Origin: Candidatus Saccharimonadales bacterium
GTDB lineage: Bacteria; Patescibacteriota; Saccharimonadia; Saccharimonadales; 2-12-FULL-41-12
DNA length: 64,000 nt
Assembly (NCBI GenBank): GCA_041906505.1
Contig: JAYRJB010000002.1
Span: forward strand, 2,363-66,362
Direction of reading: 5' to 3'
A model generated the notes under the pieces. That model had not been told where the DNA came from. It ran no database searches and was given only the letters and a program-made list of their open reading frames with translations. The stretch's first letter is position 1; each line of letters begins with the position of its first letter. Of the stretch, positions 1 to 9,705 are shown piece by piece. The translations under genes and the position numbers were made by a program.

Positions 1-1
1 G

Positions 2-67
2 ACCATTGCCAGACAAGCAAAAAAGGAAATTGGCCAGGTTGACGAGGTGGTCGTATCGCTGCACTAA
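2..67 (+). CDS. 3' end of an upstream gene (partial, function unknown)
   Basis: Frame 2 is open from the window edge. It reads ...TIARQAKKEIGQVDEVVVSLH and ends at TAA 65-67. Too short to identify. Confidence 0.35.
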   Translation, partial: TIARQAKKEIGQVDEVVVSLH

Positions 68-118
68 GACAAACAATCACCTAGCGATTACTCTGGTGGG
101 AAGTAACGAGTAGACGAC

Positions 119-1096
119 ATGGAACCCAATCAACAAAACCAACAATCTACTTCGCCTCAACCGGCGGCCAATACTTTGCCGCCTCAAGCCGCGCCAGAAC
201 CTTCTCCCTCTGTTGGCGCACAGGGCGCGGTATACATTGATCCAATACAGGCTTCGAAGCCCCAGCCCACACCTTCCCGACCTGGTTTTATCCCAGATAT
301 CCAGCCTGGGGTAGTGATTCCGGGCGACCCAAATAAACCCGCTCAAGGCGGCGTGGCGCGGCCACCAGTAAACCCGAATAGCACTCAAAACAACCTTCAA
401 ATTGCTGAGATCCGCGACGGTATTGTCATTATGAACGACGGCTCTTATCGTTCGGTCCTTATGGTCAAGTCGATTAATTTTGATCTTATGAGTCCCGCGG
501 AGCGCGAGGGGGTAGAGTTTAGTTACCAATCGTTTTTGAACTCTTTGTATTTTCCAGTTCAAATTTTTGTGCGATCACAAAAGGTAGATTTAGGCCCCTA
601 TATAGAAAAGTTGGACAAAATTCGCTCCGAGCACGACAACATGCTACTTGCGGTATTAATGGACGACTACATTGACTATATCGATCAGTTGTCGGCCCAA
701 ACCAATATTATGGACAAGCACTTTTATGTGGTTATCCCGTTCTTTCCAGTAGTGGAGAAGCAACAAGCGCTCACATCGAGCAAGAATTTGCTCGATGGGG
801 TCATGAAGTTGTTTGGGGACAACAAAACACACGTGGTCATCAATGAGGCGCACCTCGAGGAAGCAAAGGCCGAGTTGCGAAATCGCGTCCAGGCTGTGTT
901 GGGAGGCTTGCTGCAATGTGGTGTCCAAGGACTTCCGCTCGACACCCAAGAGCTGATTGAGTTGTATTACGATACCTACAATCCTGACACCGCAACGAGG
1001 CAACAGTTGAAAAATTTCGACGAAATGACAACCCCAGTTGTGACAAAAGGCACTGGTGAGGCTCCTCAGCCAAACCTAGAAAGGGAGCTGGGATAA
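119..1096 (+). CDS. T4SS-operon protein with a Pro/Gln-rich N-terminus; the core resembles the N-terminal domain of VirB4-type ATPases but has no NTPase motifs
   Basis: 325-aa ORF directly upstream of the VirB4-like gene. The low-complexity PQ-rich first ~100 aa are followed by IAEIRDGIVIMNDGSYRSVLMVKSINFDLMS...FPVQIFVRSQKVDL. This mirrors the layout of the N-terminus of the adjacent VirB4 (FIAPSSIEF...RTYYVYGYP...IDLSMYIYP). No Walker motifs. Confidence 0.6.
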   Translation: MEPNQQNQQSTSPQPAANTLPPQAAPEPSPSVGAQGAVYIDPIQASKPQPTPSRPGFIPDIQPGVVIPGDPNKPAQGGVARPPVNPNSTQNNLQIAEIRDGIVIMNDGSYRSVLMVKSINFDLMSPAEREGVEFSYQSFLNSLYFPVQIFVRSQKVDLGPYIEKLDKIRSEHDNMLLAVLMDDYIDYIDQLSAQTNIMDKHFYVVIPFFPVVEKQQALTSSKNLLDGVMKLFGDNKTHVVINEAHLEEAKAELRNRVQAVLGGLLQCGVQGLPLDTQELIELYYDTYNPDTATRQQLKNFDEMTTPVVTKGTGEAPQPNLERELG

Positions 1097-1160
1097 TGCA
1101 ACGGCGCTCATTATTCTTGTCTTTGCCAATAATAAGACCGCGCGGGGGGGACGGTTACTG

Positions 1161-3083
1161 ATGGGCCTCTTTGGGGGCAAAAAAGCCCCACCAACCGATC
1201 CTGCCGCAATCGCCCAAGCGCAGCGTGCGCGTGAAGAGCAAGAGGTTTCTGTTGCGTTTCAAAAGGGTTTGGTGGCGCTTCGAGATTTCATTGCCCCAAG
1301 TTCGATTGAATTTAGTAACACTCATTTTCAGCTCGGCACTCGTTTTGCCAGAACCTACTATGTTTACGGCTACCCACGACAGCTCACGACCGGCTGGTTA
1401 AGTAGCATGGTGAATTTGGATGAAGTAATCGATCTTTCAATGTATATCTACCCGGTTGAGAGTCAAGTTGTGCTGAACAACCTTCGAAAAAAAGTTGCAC
1501 AACTGGAAGCTGGTCTGCAAATCGATTCCGAAAAGGGTAAGGTCAGAGACCCGGCAAAGCAATCGGCAATTATGGACGCCGAGGAAATGCGCGACAAACT
1601 ACAAGTCGGCGAGGAGCGGTTTTTTAGATTTGGTTTGTATTTTACGGTGTATGCGAGTTCCATGGACGAGATGGAATTTATTAGTCACAAGATCGAGTCA
1701 ATCCTGGGCCAACAGTTGGTGTACTCGAAACCAGCGAGTTCACAGCAAGAGCAAGGCCTAAATAGCACTGTGCCGCAATTTACTGACCAACTCCAGATAC
1801 GACGAAACATGAACACCGGAGCAATCAGCACCAGCTTTCCGTTTACCAGTGCCGACTTGACTCAAGAAAATGGAATTCTTTACGGCATCAATATGCACAA
1901 CTCCGGGCTAGTAATTTTTGACCGTTTTACGCTCGAAAATGGTAACGCAGTGGTATTTGCAAAGTCGGGAGCCGGCAAAAGCTTTACTGTAAAACTCGAA
2001 GCTTTGCGAAGCATGATGCTTGGAACCGAAATATTCATCGTCGATCCCGAGAATGAGTATCAGCGAATGTGCGAGGCCGTCGGCGGTGCATACGTGCGAC
2101 TAAGTCTAAATTCGACCACAAGAATCAATCCATTTGACCTCCCACAGGTGGTTGATACCGACGAAGCCGACAACGCGCTGCGCAGTAATCTCATTACTCT
2201 TCACGGACTACTGAGATTGATGATGGGAGGCGCCCAAGCACAGGTGCAGACCAGCGGCGGCGCAATGATGGCCCCAGCTCTAAGTCCGGCGGAAGAGGCC
2301 GATTTGGATGCTGCACTCATCGAAACCTATGCCAAGGCTGGCATTACCAACGACCCACTTACGCACAACGCGACGCCCCCAACCATCAACGACCTTTACG
2401 AAACCTTGCTCCATATGGGTGGTAGCGGGCCACAGCTTGCCCAGCGTCTCAGAAAGTATACTTCTGGAACATTTGCTGGCATTTTTTCTCAACAAAGCAA
2501 CATCAATATCAACAATCCAATGGTTGTATTTAATATTCGTGATCTCGAAGACGAACTTCGACCAGTGGCAATGTACATTGTGCTCAACTACATCTGGAAT
2601 AAGACCAAAAGCGACCAAAAGCGAAGGTTATTAGTGGTTGATGAGGCCTGGCAGCTTATGAAGTACGAAGATAGTGCAAATTTCTTGTTTTCGCTTGCCA
2701 AGCGCGCCCGAAAGTACAACCTGGGAATCACTACTATCACCCAGGACGTGGAAGATTTCATGGGTAGTCGCATGGGGCGAGCGATTGTTGCCAACTCCAG
2801 TATGCAAATTCTTTTAAAGCAATCAGCCTCGGCGGTTGATGTATTGTCTGATGTGTTCAAACTTACCAGCGAAGAGCGAAAGCGCCTAAGTCAATTCCCC
2901 GTCGGACAGGGCCTTTTCTTTGCGGGACAAAACCACGTGCACATCCAAGTTGCCGCCAGTCCAACAGAAACCAACCTTATCACAACCAACCCCCAGCAAG
3001 TGCAGCAGGTTCAGCAGACGGGAGAAATTGCTGGCGGCCAAGGCTCGATTGATCTTGGCAATCGGCTCTACCCAGGAGTGTAG
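1161..3083 (+). CDS. virB4: VirB4/TraE-family type IV secretion ATPase
   Basis: 640 aa. Walker A is AKSGAGKSFTVK and Walker B is RLLVVDEAWQLM. The conserved ITQDVEDF and LLKQ segments are typical of Gram-positive conjugative VirB4 (PrgJ/TcpF-like) proteins. Confidence 0.85.
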   Translation: MGLFGGKKAPPTDPAAIAQAQRAREEQEVSVAFQKGLVALRDFIAPSSIEFSNTHFQLGTRFARTYYVYGYPRQLTTGWLSSMVNLDEVIDLSMYIYPVESQVVLNNLRKKVAQLEAGLQIDSEKGKVRDPAKQSAIMDAEEMRDKLQVGEERFFRFGLYFTVYASSMDEMEFISHKIESILGQQLVYSKPASSQQEQGLNSTVPQFTDQLQIRRNMNTGAISTSFPFTSADLTQENGILYGINMHNSGLVIFDRFTLENGNAVVFAKSGAGKSFTVKLEALRSMMLGTEIFIVDPENEYQRMCEAVGGAYVRLSLNSTTRINPFDLPQVVDTDEADNALRSNLITLHGLLRLMMGGAQAQVQTSGGAMMAPALSPAEEADLDAALIETYAKAGITNDPLTHNATPPTINDLYETLLHMGGSGPQLAQRLRKYTSGTFAGIFSQQSNININNPMVVFNIRDLEDELRPVAMYIVLNYIWNKTKSDQKRRLLVVDEAWQLMKYEDSANFLFSLAKRARKYNLGITTITQDVEDFMGSRMGRAIVANSSMQILLKQSASAVDVLSDVFKLTSEERKRLSQFPVGQGLFFAGQNHVHIQVAASPTETNLITTNPQQVQQVQQTGEIAGGQGSIDLGNRLYPGV

Positions 3084-3117
3084 TTATACTTCGACAAAAA
3101 ATTAAATCCGAACAAAT

Positions 3118-5994
3118 ATGACCACAAAAACACCTTCAAAAAGTCCAGAAGAAAGCGAACACCTAGAATCTCAGCCCGCTCCTAGGTTTCCGATCAATAA
3201 AAACCCTCGGGGCGGCGTAATGGATGACCAAAACCGTCCATCGGGGGATGCTTCTGACCCAAGAGGATCTGGTCCAGACAAAGTTTTCGCACCAAAAGAT
3301 CTCGAGTCTGCCGAGGCTTCGGCTTCGCGGCCATCGATTGGCACTATTGGCGCCGAAGAAAAAGGCCTCATGGGAAAGGCTGGGGATGACACCGTCGGGA
3401 AAGGCTATCTCGGCGATGAGGGCCCTGGTCGTTTTCGGCGCTTTCGAGGACTAGTTACGCGCCGCCGGGCAGCCGCCGGGGGCGGGGTCGTCGGAGTGGT
3501 TGTTGGTGGAGTGATGTTGTTTGGGGTATCTCAAGGACCGTTGCAAGTCATTCACTTGTCACAAACCCTTATGAAAAACTTTCAAGGGCAAGAAAGTGCC
3601 AGCAAAGGTAGAATGCGTCAGATTTATAGATGGGCAAAAACTGGAGACGTTGGCGAAACTCGATTAAGCTTCTTGCAAAGCCGTTCTTTGGCGCGCCTAA
3701 ACGACGCGTTAGATAAGGTTGGTGTTCGTGTTACCAGCACAAATTCAATAACCAACCAGCTCGAAACCGTTCGTATTGACGTTGAGAAAAATCCAAAATA
3801 CCGTGGTTTACCCGAAAAACAAGCCCTGGCTCAAATCCAAAAAGATTATCCCGAAGCAAAAGTTAATAAAATTGGTGGCACTGGTGGGTTGGACGGCAAA
3901 GGCTTAGTGGTTGCAGTGAGAGATCCTGGGGTAAGCGGCTCAAACCGATTGATTGGAGAAAGCATTGGACTTGCAACGGACGAGGGACACCTAAGCAAAA
4001 TACGAGCCGGGATGGGTACACGGACTTTGGAGATATACTATCAAGCTCCCAAATGGTGGCACCCCATTAAGAGGCTTGACGCTATTGTTGATAAAAAAAA
4101 GGCAGCCGCGTATAAAAGCTGGAGCGATAAGAGAAATAAGAAGATTGCCGAACGCTCTGAGAAAGCCAAGGCAAGAACTGCGGAGCTAAGAAATAAGTTT
4201 GGGGAGTCAAAGTCGGTAAAAATAGGTTCGAGTGCTCTTTTGGTGGCCGGTGGTTTGTGTGTTGCAAGGGATGTTGCGACTGAGATACCGGAAATAAACA
4301 GAGAAAGTGTCGTCATTCCCTCAATGGCTTCGGCGGCAGATGCAATATCGTTGGGAGATCAAATAAAGGCGGGCGACGACTTCAGTATTGATCAGATTGG
4401 TGCGGTCGTGAAAGCCTTTACAGACAAGGATGGGAACAATGTTTGGCAGGCAAAGGCCCTTCAATCAGAACTGGGCAACAAAGGCGGGGAAGAGATTGAT
4501 CCAAATATTAAACAAGCTTTTTCCCCAGATAACCCAGCTTCTGAGATAAAGAACACCATCGATAGCTTGGGTGGCGATGCACTTTGTAGCACTCTTGGCC
4601 AAGTCGTGCAAGGAGTTAGTGGGGCAGCACTGTTAGTGCTTGGGCCGGGTGGCTGGATAGCAAAAGGTGTAAATACCGCTGCAGGCGCTGCGGTAGTAGG
4701 TGCAGTGACGGAATTTTTACCAAAACTACTTGCTGAAGATTCCTTGACGGGAATGCCGCACGAAGGGCCAAAGGGCGGCAACGTCGATGCCTACGGCGCG
4801 AGAGAACTCGCAAACACTTCTTTTCGGTCAAGCGGCGGGGCACCTCTCACAAAACAACAAAGCGCAATCCTAAAAAAAGACCTGCGACTGGAAGATGAGC
4901 GTGATTTTCGGTCCAAAAGCTTTGTCGAAAGAGTTTTTGACCTAGAAGATAACAGGTCTCTATTCGGGTCTATGGTTACCAAAACGTCTGTGTACAACAA
5001 ATCCAACATCGTAAAGATAGCCGGCTCGTTGTTTAGTTGGCCAAGCGCCATGGGAGGACTGTTTCCAAAAAGTTTAGCTGCAAATACAGGAGAATCCTAT
5101 GATTATGGCTTCCCCGAATATGGCTTTAGTAAGGAGGATTTAACAAATTCAGATATACAAAACCCCTATGAAAATGCCGAGAAAGTCGCACAACTGTTGA
5201 ATAGTTCTGATGCGGAAGATTATATAAAAAAAGCTGATACCTGTTTTGGGGTTGAACTTAGCAAGGGAGAGAATGGTTGGAATGCGATAGCAAAACGAGA
5301 CGTAAATCCAACAAATGACGCATACAACGACGCTAATTGTGCCGACTCATCGGACCCTATTTGGTTAAGGGTGAGGTTCTTTGTTTTCGACACTAGACTT
5401 GCAGCCATTGATGACTGTTATTATGGCGAGGAGGACTCTTGTAAAGACATCGGAATATCGTCCCCTCAAGAACAGGGGGGCTCAGCTAACACCGACACCG
5501 TTAATGTTGATGGCACTGTACAAGAGCTTGCAAAACGACTGGTTGACTCTGGTAAATTGAGTGATCAAGACGGACGCTATATGTCACAGATAAAGGCGCT
5601 TGCCAATGGTGATGGCAGTTGTAAGGTAAACCCAACTATTCTAAAAATGCTAGTCGGAATAATTGAGGAGGGTCACACCGTTACAATGAGCTCACTAAAC
5701 AGGCGTTGTACGGGTGTTCTTACCGCGTCTGGTACTGCAAGCTATCATTATCGAGAGGGTGGCGGACACGCTGTCGATGTTGTTTCGTTTGATGGACAGG
5801 GAACTAATGGTGGAAACGCTGCTAGCGTTAAGTATCTAAAGCTGGCGCTAAAGTATATTCCCCCCGGCTCGGGCGTCGGACAGTTTCAAGCAGGTGGATG
5901 CGGTACAAGTTTTGACTTTCCGGAAGGTATCTCTAATTTTGCCGACTCCTGTAATCATGTGCACATTCAAGTTCCGGTAGAGGGGGCCAGGTAG
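3118..5994 (+). CDS. Large membrane-anchored protein with a C-terminal LAS/peptidase-M15-like zinc peptidase domain
   Basis: 958 aa. A disordered N-terminus is followed by a TM segment (AAAGGGVVGVVVGGVMLFGV). The C-terminus carries SYHYREGGGHAVDV and NHVHIQV, matching the SxHxxGxAxD and HxH metal-ligand pattern of D-Ala-D-Ala carboxypeptidase-like (M15) enzymes. Confidence 0.6.
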   Translation: MTTKTPSKSPEESEHLESQPAPRFPINKNPRGGVMDDQNRPSGDASDPRGSGPDKVFAPKDLESAEASASRPSIGTIGAEEKGLMGKAGDDTVGKGYLGDEGPGRFRRFRGLVTRRRAAAGGGVVGVVVGGVMLFGVSQGPLQVIHLSQTLMKNFQGQESASKGRMRQIYRWAKTGDVGETRLSFLQSRSLARLNDALDKVGVRVTSTNSITNQLETVRIDVEKNPKYRGLPEKQALAQIQKDYPEAKVNKIGGTGGLDGKGLVVAVRDPGVSGSNRLIGESIGLATDEGHLSKIRAGMGTRTLEIYYQAPKWWHPIKRLDAIVDKKKAAAYKSWSDKRNKKIAERSEKAKARTAELRNKFGESKSVKIGSSALLVAGGLCVARDVATEIPEINRESVVIPSMASAADAISLGDQIKAGDDFSIDQIGAVVKAFTDKDGNNVWQAKALQSELGNKGGEEIDPNIKQAFSPDNPASEIKNTIDSLGGDALCSTLGQVVQGVSGAALLVLGPGGWIAKGVNTAAGAAVVGAVTEFLPKLLAEDSLTGMPHEGPKGGNVDAYGARELANTSFRSSGGAPLTKQQSAILKKDLRLEDERDFRSKSFVERVFDLEDNRSLFGSMVTKTSVYNKSNIVKIAGSLFSWPSAMGGLFPKSLAANTGESYDYGFPEYGFSKEDLTNSDIQNPYENAEKVAQLLNSSDAEDYIKKADTCFGVELSKGENGWNAIAKRDVNPTNDAYNDANCADSSDPIWLRVRFFVFDTRLAAIDDCYYGEEDSCKDIGISSPQEQGGSANTDTVNVDGTVQELAKRLVDSGKLSDQDGRYMSQIKALANGDGSCKVNPTILKMLVGIIEEGHTVTMSSLNRRCTGVLTASGTASYHYREGGGHAVDVVSFDGQGTNGGNAASVKYLKLALKYIPPGSGVGQFQAGGCGTSFDFPEGISNFADSCNHVHIQVPVEGAR

Positions 5995-5998
5995 TTTC

Positions 5999-8900
5999 GT
6001 GTCGTCCAGAATCTTAAAGACTAGCTTGAGACCGTCCAGGATCCAACATGTAGAAGGTGTTGGAAGCCAGGCTTTGACAAAGGTTCCCCGTCAAAAATTC
6101 GTGTTAGGATTTCAAAAAATCTTCTCTTTGACTACATTCTTTCGGGTGATTGTTTTACTTATCGGTTTGGTTTTTTTGTTTTCCAACTTATTTGCTTCTA
6201 CCGCCTTAGCGCTATCAAAAGAACAAAAACGCCTTTATGATAAGGGAGTTTACTACTACGACCTGGCGTGTGACTCTTTGGGCCAACAGAATTCAACCGG
6301 GCAAACTGGGAGCACTTTACAAGAGCTTGCCAAGCAAATGCTTGCAAACGACAAAATTGCTTATGGAGCCTTTCCGCCGGATAGACCAGCAGCAGATTGG
6401 CAAAATAGAGTTCCAGACGGTGGCAACAAAAACTCTATTGACACCAAGGATGTCGTAAGAGCCCTTGCTGATGGTCAAAAAGCCTATACTACAGCAGGCA
6501 ACGCTAGCAATAAAGAGGCCGATCTTAATCCAAATATTCTCAAGTTTATTCTAGAAGTGGCCAAAACAGATAAAATAACGGTTAATGCTTTGACCGACAA
6601 AACGCATAGGGTTGGCTCAGAACACTATAAAGGACTGGCGGTTGATCTAGAGGATGGTTCAGCATCTGCGCCTCTTTCGATCTTAAATCCGGCGGCTAAG
6701 AAGTTTGGTGGTACAAAAAATGGCGAGACTGGCCATCACCATTACGACTTTCCAAATAGACCACCCGCTTCACAAAACACCCCCGCCTCTGGTACAGAAA
6801 ACACAACGACTGGCTACGAATATATTGCAAGAGGGGACATACCAAAAAGTGGGTTAAGGGTAGTTTCTACCTATTTTGGAGGCAGCTGGCGTGACAACAG
6901 TTGGTATATAGAAAACCAATACCAAGTTGGCCTAATTAATAGTGGCAAGAAAAAAGCTTCTGATTACGACGCAAAGGTCGGAAACCCCGGCGACGACAAT
7001 GGCTTGGACAGCTATGGTGGCAACAGTGACAACAAAACTGTCTATGCCGAAATTATGGGAGGGACTTCTCTTGGCGGACTACCAAAGGGTACAAAACTCG
7101 AGATTTCATACAAAGGAAAAAAAATAATCGCGGAAAAAAACCAAGTTGGGGGTGGGGCTCCTGGGGCACGTCTTGATTTATGGTGGGAAGCGGCGAGATT
7201 GCTTGACTTCAAGAGTGGCAAAGACAGTGTTGAAATTCATGTGGTTCCCGACAACACTCCAGTAACTCCAGTTGACGGATCTGCGACAAACCAAGAAGTC
7301 AACAGCGCCACCGCTGCAGATTGTGCCTGTCCCGAGAATAACGATAACAATGGAGCTTCCGGCGCTTTGAACGGACTAGTTGGTGAGGACAACGCCGAGA
7401 AAACCTTTAACTTTTTTCTTGGAAAAGGTCTCAGCGCGGTCCAGGCAGCCGCGATAATTGGAAACCTAGACGCTGAGTCCGGAATTAACCCAAAACGCGT
7501 TCAAAGCGGAAGCGACAGCGAAGAGATGCCAGCTGGAAGAGGTTATGGTATTGCTCAGTGGACTGTGTCCTCACGACAAAACGCACTAAAAAAACATGCT
7601 TCCAAGCTTAATAAGCCGTACTACGATCTTGAAGTGCAGCTGGATTTCCTTTGGTTTGAGCTCACAACCGGCTATAAAAACGTCTTGATAAAACTCAAGA
7701 AGAAAACTGATCTAAGAGAGGCGACTGTTTTTATACGATCAGATTTTGAGGCGCCAAGCATACACCGAGACGAAGAAAGATATACCTCCGCAAAAAAATA
7801 CTTTGATAAGTACGGCGATAATGTCGGGTCGTCTTCATCCTCAGAGAGTGCGGCCGGCGCAAGCTGTGCATGCAAAGACCCTTCTGCCTCTGGGCGTGGG
7901 GTTGTTGTTCTTGATCCCGGCCACGGACCAACCAGCGTGACGAAAAATGATCCCGAAAGTGGTCTGCGGTGGGTGGGCGACGGAGGAGGATATGAGGGTG
8001 AAGCAAAGGATATGTGGGAGGCTGCTCAAAAAGCAAAGAAGGGGCTTGAGGAAAACGGCTACAAAGTTATCCTTACCAAGGACCGTTATGATAAAGTTGC
8101 GACACTCATCGACAGATATAAGTTAGCTGATAGGGTAAATGCTGATATTGCAATCAGTATGCATGGTTATGGTGGACTTTCACACACGGGTGAAATCTAT
8201 GTTCAAAAAAACGGACTCTATCGGGGGTCTGGCAACAATAAGGTTGTGTTTAACAATACTAAGTTGGCAGAACAAAGCCAAAAGTATGCTGAAGCAATTA
8301 AGTCTGGTCGTGAAAAGGCTGAAGGCGGCGACATTGTAATAAAAGATAATAGCTTCGATGGGAGAGATGGCGTAGAGCCTGGAAACATTCCGATAATTTC
8401 GCTCCTCTCAAAAAAGACTCCATGGGTGTATAACGAAAAAAAGATGCCTGGAAGTCTCGACAAGTACGCGGAAGGGATTGTTGAGGGAACAAAAAAAGCT
8501 CTAGGGTCTCCTGGAGCTGAGTCGAGTCAAGCGCAAAGCAACTGCCCTAGTGGCGAAAATGGCGATGCCGCTCAAAAGGCCATGGAGTATGCATGGCCAG
8601 AGTACCACCCACCAAACTATTTCAAAATGAAACCAGAGTATGAAAAGGCTGTTAGAAGAGCACAAGCAGACGGAAGGTACGTTGGTGGTGGCGAGCACCC
8701 TGGTATTGATTGTGGTGGCTTTGTTACCACTGTTATGCACGATAGTGGGGCTGACAAAGACTACAACAATCTTAAACAACAAGAGGGACACGTCGGAATA
8801 CAGAGAGAGTATCTGGATGCCCACCCAGAAAAATATGAAAAGGTTGGCCGCGTCAGCAATACTAGTGAACTCAAGCCTGGGGATATTGCTATTAAATATA

Positions 8901-9067
8901 ACAATCAGCACACCTATATGTATGTGGGGCCAATTTCAGAACATCCAGATTTTAAGGGCATCGCCGCCTCCGCCTCTTACAGCTCCACCGGAAGTTCTTG
9001 GCGAACTCCCATGGCGGATGACGCCAGTGACTTTAAGGACTATGATTGGTATAGGCTTAAAAGATGA
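5999..9067 (+). CDS. Secreted multi-domain peptidoglycan hydrolase (M15-like, DPBB/RlpA-like, phage-tail-lysozyme-like, amidase_3, NlpC/P60-like)
   Basis: 1022 aa with a GTG start and a signal/anchor segment VIVLLIGLVFLFSNLFASTALA. Motifs found:
- SEHYKGLAVD plus HHHYDF (LAS/M15)
- STYFGG...LDLWWEAA (DPBB-like, weak)
- IIGNLDAESGINP...GYGIAQWT (phage tail lysozyme type)
- VVVLDPGHGP...ISMHGYGG (MurNAc-L-Ala amidase_3)
- GIDCGGFV...HTYMYVG (papain-fold NlpC/P60 or CHAP). Confidence 0.75.
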   Translation: MSSRILKTSLRPSRIQHVEGVGSQALTKVPRQKFVLGFQKIFSLTTFFRVIVLLIGLVFLFSNLFASTALALSKEQKRLYDKGVYYYDLACDSLGQQNSTGQTGSTLQELAKQMLANDKIAYGAFPPDRPAADWQNRVPDGGNKNSIDTKDVVRALADGQKAYTTAGNASNKEADLNPNILKFILEVAKTDKITVNALTDKTHRVGSEHYKGLAVDLEDGSASAPLSILNPAAKKFGGTKNGETGHHHYDFPNRPPASQNTPASGTENTTTGYEYIARGDIPKSGLRVVSTYFGGSWRDNSWYIENQYQVGLINSGKKKASDYDAKVGNPGDDNGLDSYGGNSDNKTVYAEIMGGTSLGGLPKGTKLEISYKGKKIIAEKNQVGGGAPGARLDLWWEAARLLDFKSGKDSVEIHVVPDNTPVTPVDGSATNQEVNSATAADCACPENNDNNGASGALNGLVGEDNAEKTFNFFLGKGLSAVQAAAIIGNLDAESGINPKRVQSGSDSEEMPAGRGYGIAQWTVSSRQNALKKHASKLNKPYYDLEVQLDFLWFELTTGYKNVLIKLKKKTDLREATVFIRSDFEAPSIHRDEERYTSAKKYFDKYGDNVGSSSSSESAAGASCACKDPSASGRGVVVLDPGHGPTSVTKNDPESGLRWVGDGGGYEGEAKDMWEAAQKAKKGLEENGYKVILTKDRYDKVATLIDRYKLADRVNADIAISMHGYGGLSHTGEIYVQKNGLYRGSGNNKVVFNNTKLAEQSQKYAEAIKSGREKAEGGDIVIKDNSFDGRDGVEPGNIPIISLLSKKTPWVYNEKKMPGSLDKYAEGIVEGTKKALGSPGAESSQAQSNCPSGENGDAAQKAMEYAWPEYHPPNYFKMKPEYEKAVRRAQADGRYVGGGEHPGIDCGGFVTTVMHDSGADKDYNNLKQQEGHVGIQREYLDAHPEKYEKVGRVSNTSELKPGDIAIKYNNQHTYMYVGPISEHPDFKGIAASASYSSTGSSWRTPMADDASDFKDYDWYRLKR

Positions 9068-9705
9068 GAAACAAGAAACACTTACTAGTAGTCCTCTTGG
9101 TTTTGGGGATTTTGCTTGTGGTCGTGCTTTCCGTAGTTGGACAGCGTGGGCGCGCTGGAAAAGAGCGGGTTGAGCTCTTTGTTGCACCCGACACCGCAAC
9201 CATTCTAATCGACGGGAAAACCGCAAGGAGCAGTGTGGTGTTCTTGTCGCCTGGAAAACACAAAATTGAATATTCGTTAGAGAACTTCAATAGTGGTAGC
9301 AAAGACGTGTCAATCCAAAGGGGTGAGACACAAAAGGTCTTTATTAGTCTGGATCCTGCAAATAGCGAGGGGCAGAAGTATATTGAAGAGAATAACTTAC
9401 AAAAACAGTTGGAAACTGTAGCCTCTGCAAAGTTTGGCTACAAAGGACAAAAACTGTCTGAAAAATATGCATTTCTGCAAGACTTACCAATAAATGGATC
9501 TTCTTTTCAAATCAGTTACGGCGATCCAGTGAAAGCTCCTTCAACTGATCAAGACCCCTCGATAGCACTTTATGTTGAGGCCTATACGCCCGAGGCCAGG
9601 AGGGCGGCGCTGGAAAGATTATTAGCGGTAGGAATCGATCCAACTTCAGTAGAAATAGTTTTTGAGAACGCGGCAAACTCCTTCCAGGGAGATACGGGTG
9701 AATAA
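9064..9705 (+). CDS. Membrane-anchored PEGA-domain-like protein
   Basis: 213 aa. The start forms an ATGA overlap with the upstream stop. N-terminal TM segment (LLVVLLVLGILLVVVLSVV). ATILIDGKTARSS...LSPGKHKIEYS resembles a PEGA beta-sandwich. Confidence 0.55.
   Translation: MRNKKHLLVVLLVLGILLVVVLSVVGQRGRAGKERVELFVAPDTATILIDGKTARSSVVFLSPGKHKIEYSLENFNSGSKDVSIQRGETQKVFISLDPANSEGQKYIEENNLQKQLETVASAKFGYKGQKLSEKYAFLQDLPINGSSFQISYGDPVKAPSTDQDPSIALYVEAYTPEARRAALERLLAVGIDPTSVEIVFENAANSFQGDTGE

Noticed and set aside
77-562. 161-aa minus-strand ORF antisense to the first operon gene
   Set aside because: It lies entirely inside and opposite the 325-aa plus-strand ORF. It is Arg-rich low-complexity sequence, typical of the antisense frame of a GC-rich Pro/Ala-coding region, and has no start context or motif.
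8501-9226. Alternative-frame ORFs (136, 177 and 96 aa) near the end of the 1022-aa hydrolase gene
   Set aside because: They are nested in or opposite the NlpC/P60-like coding region, which has clear catalytic motifs. They have no independent support.
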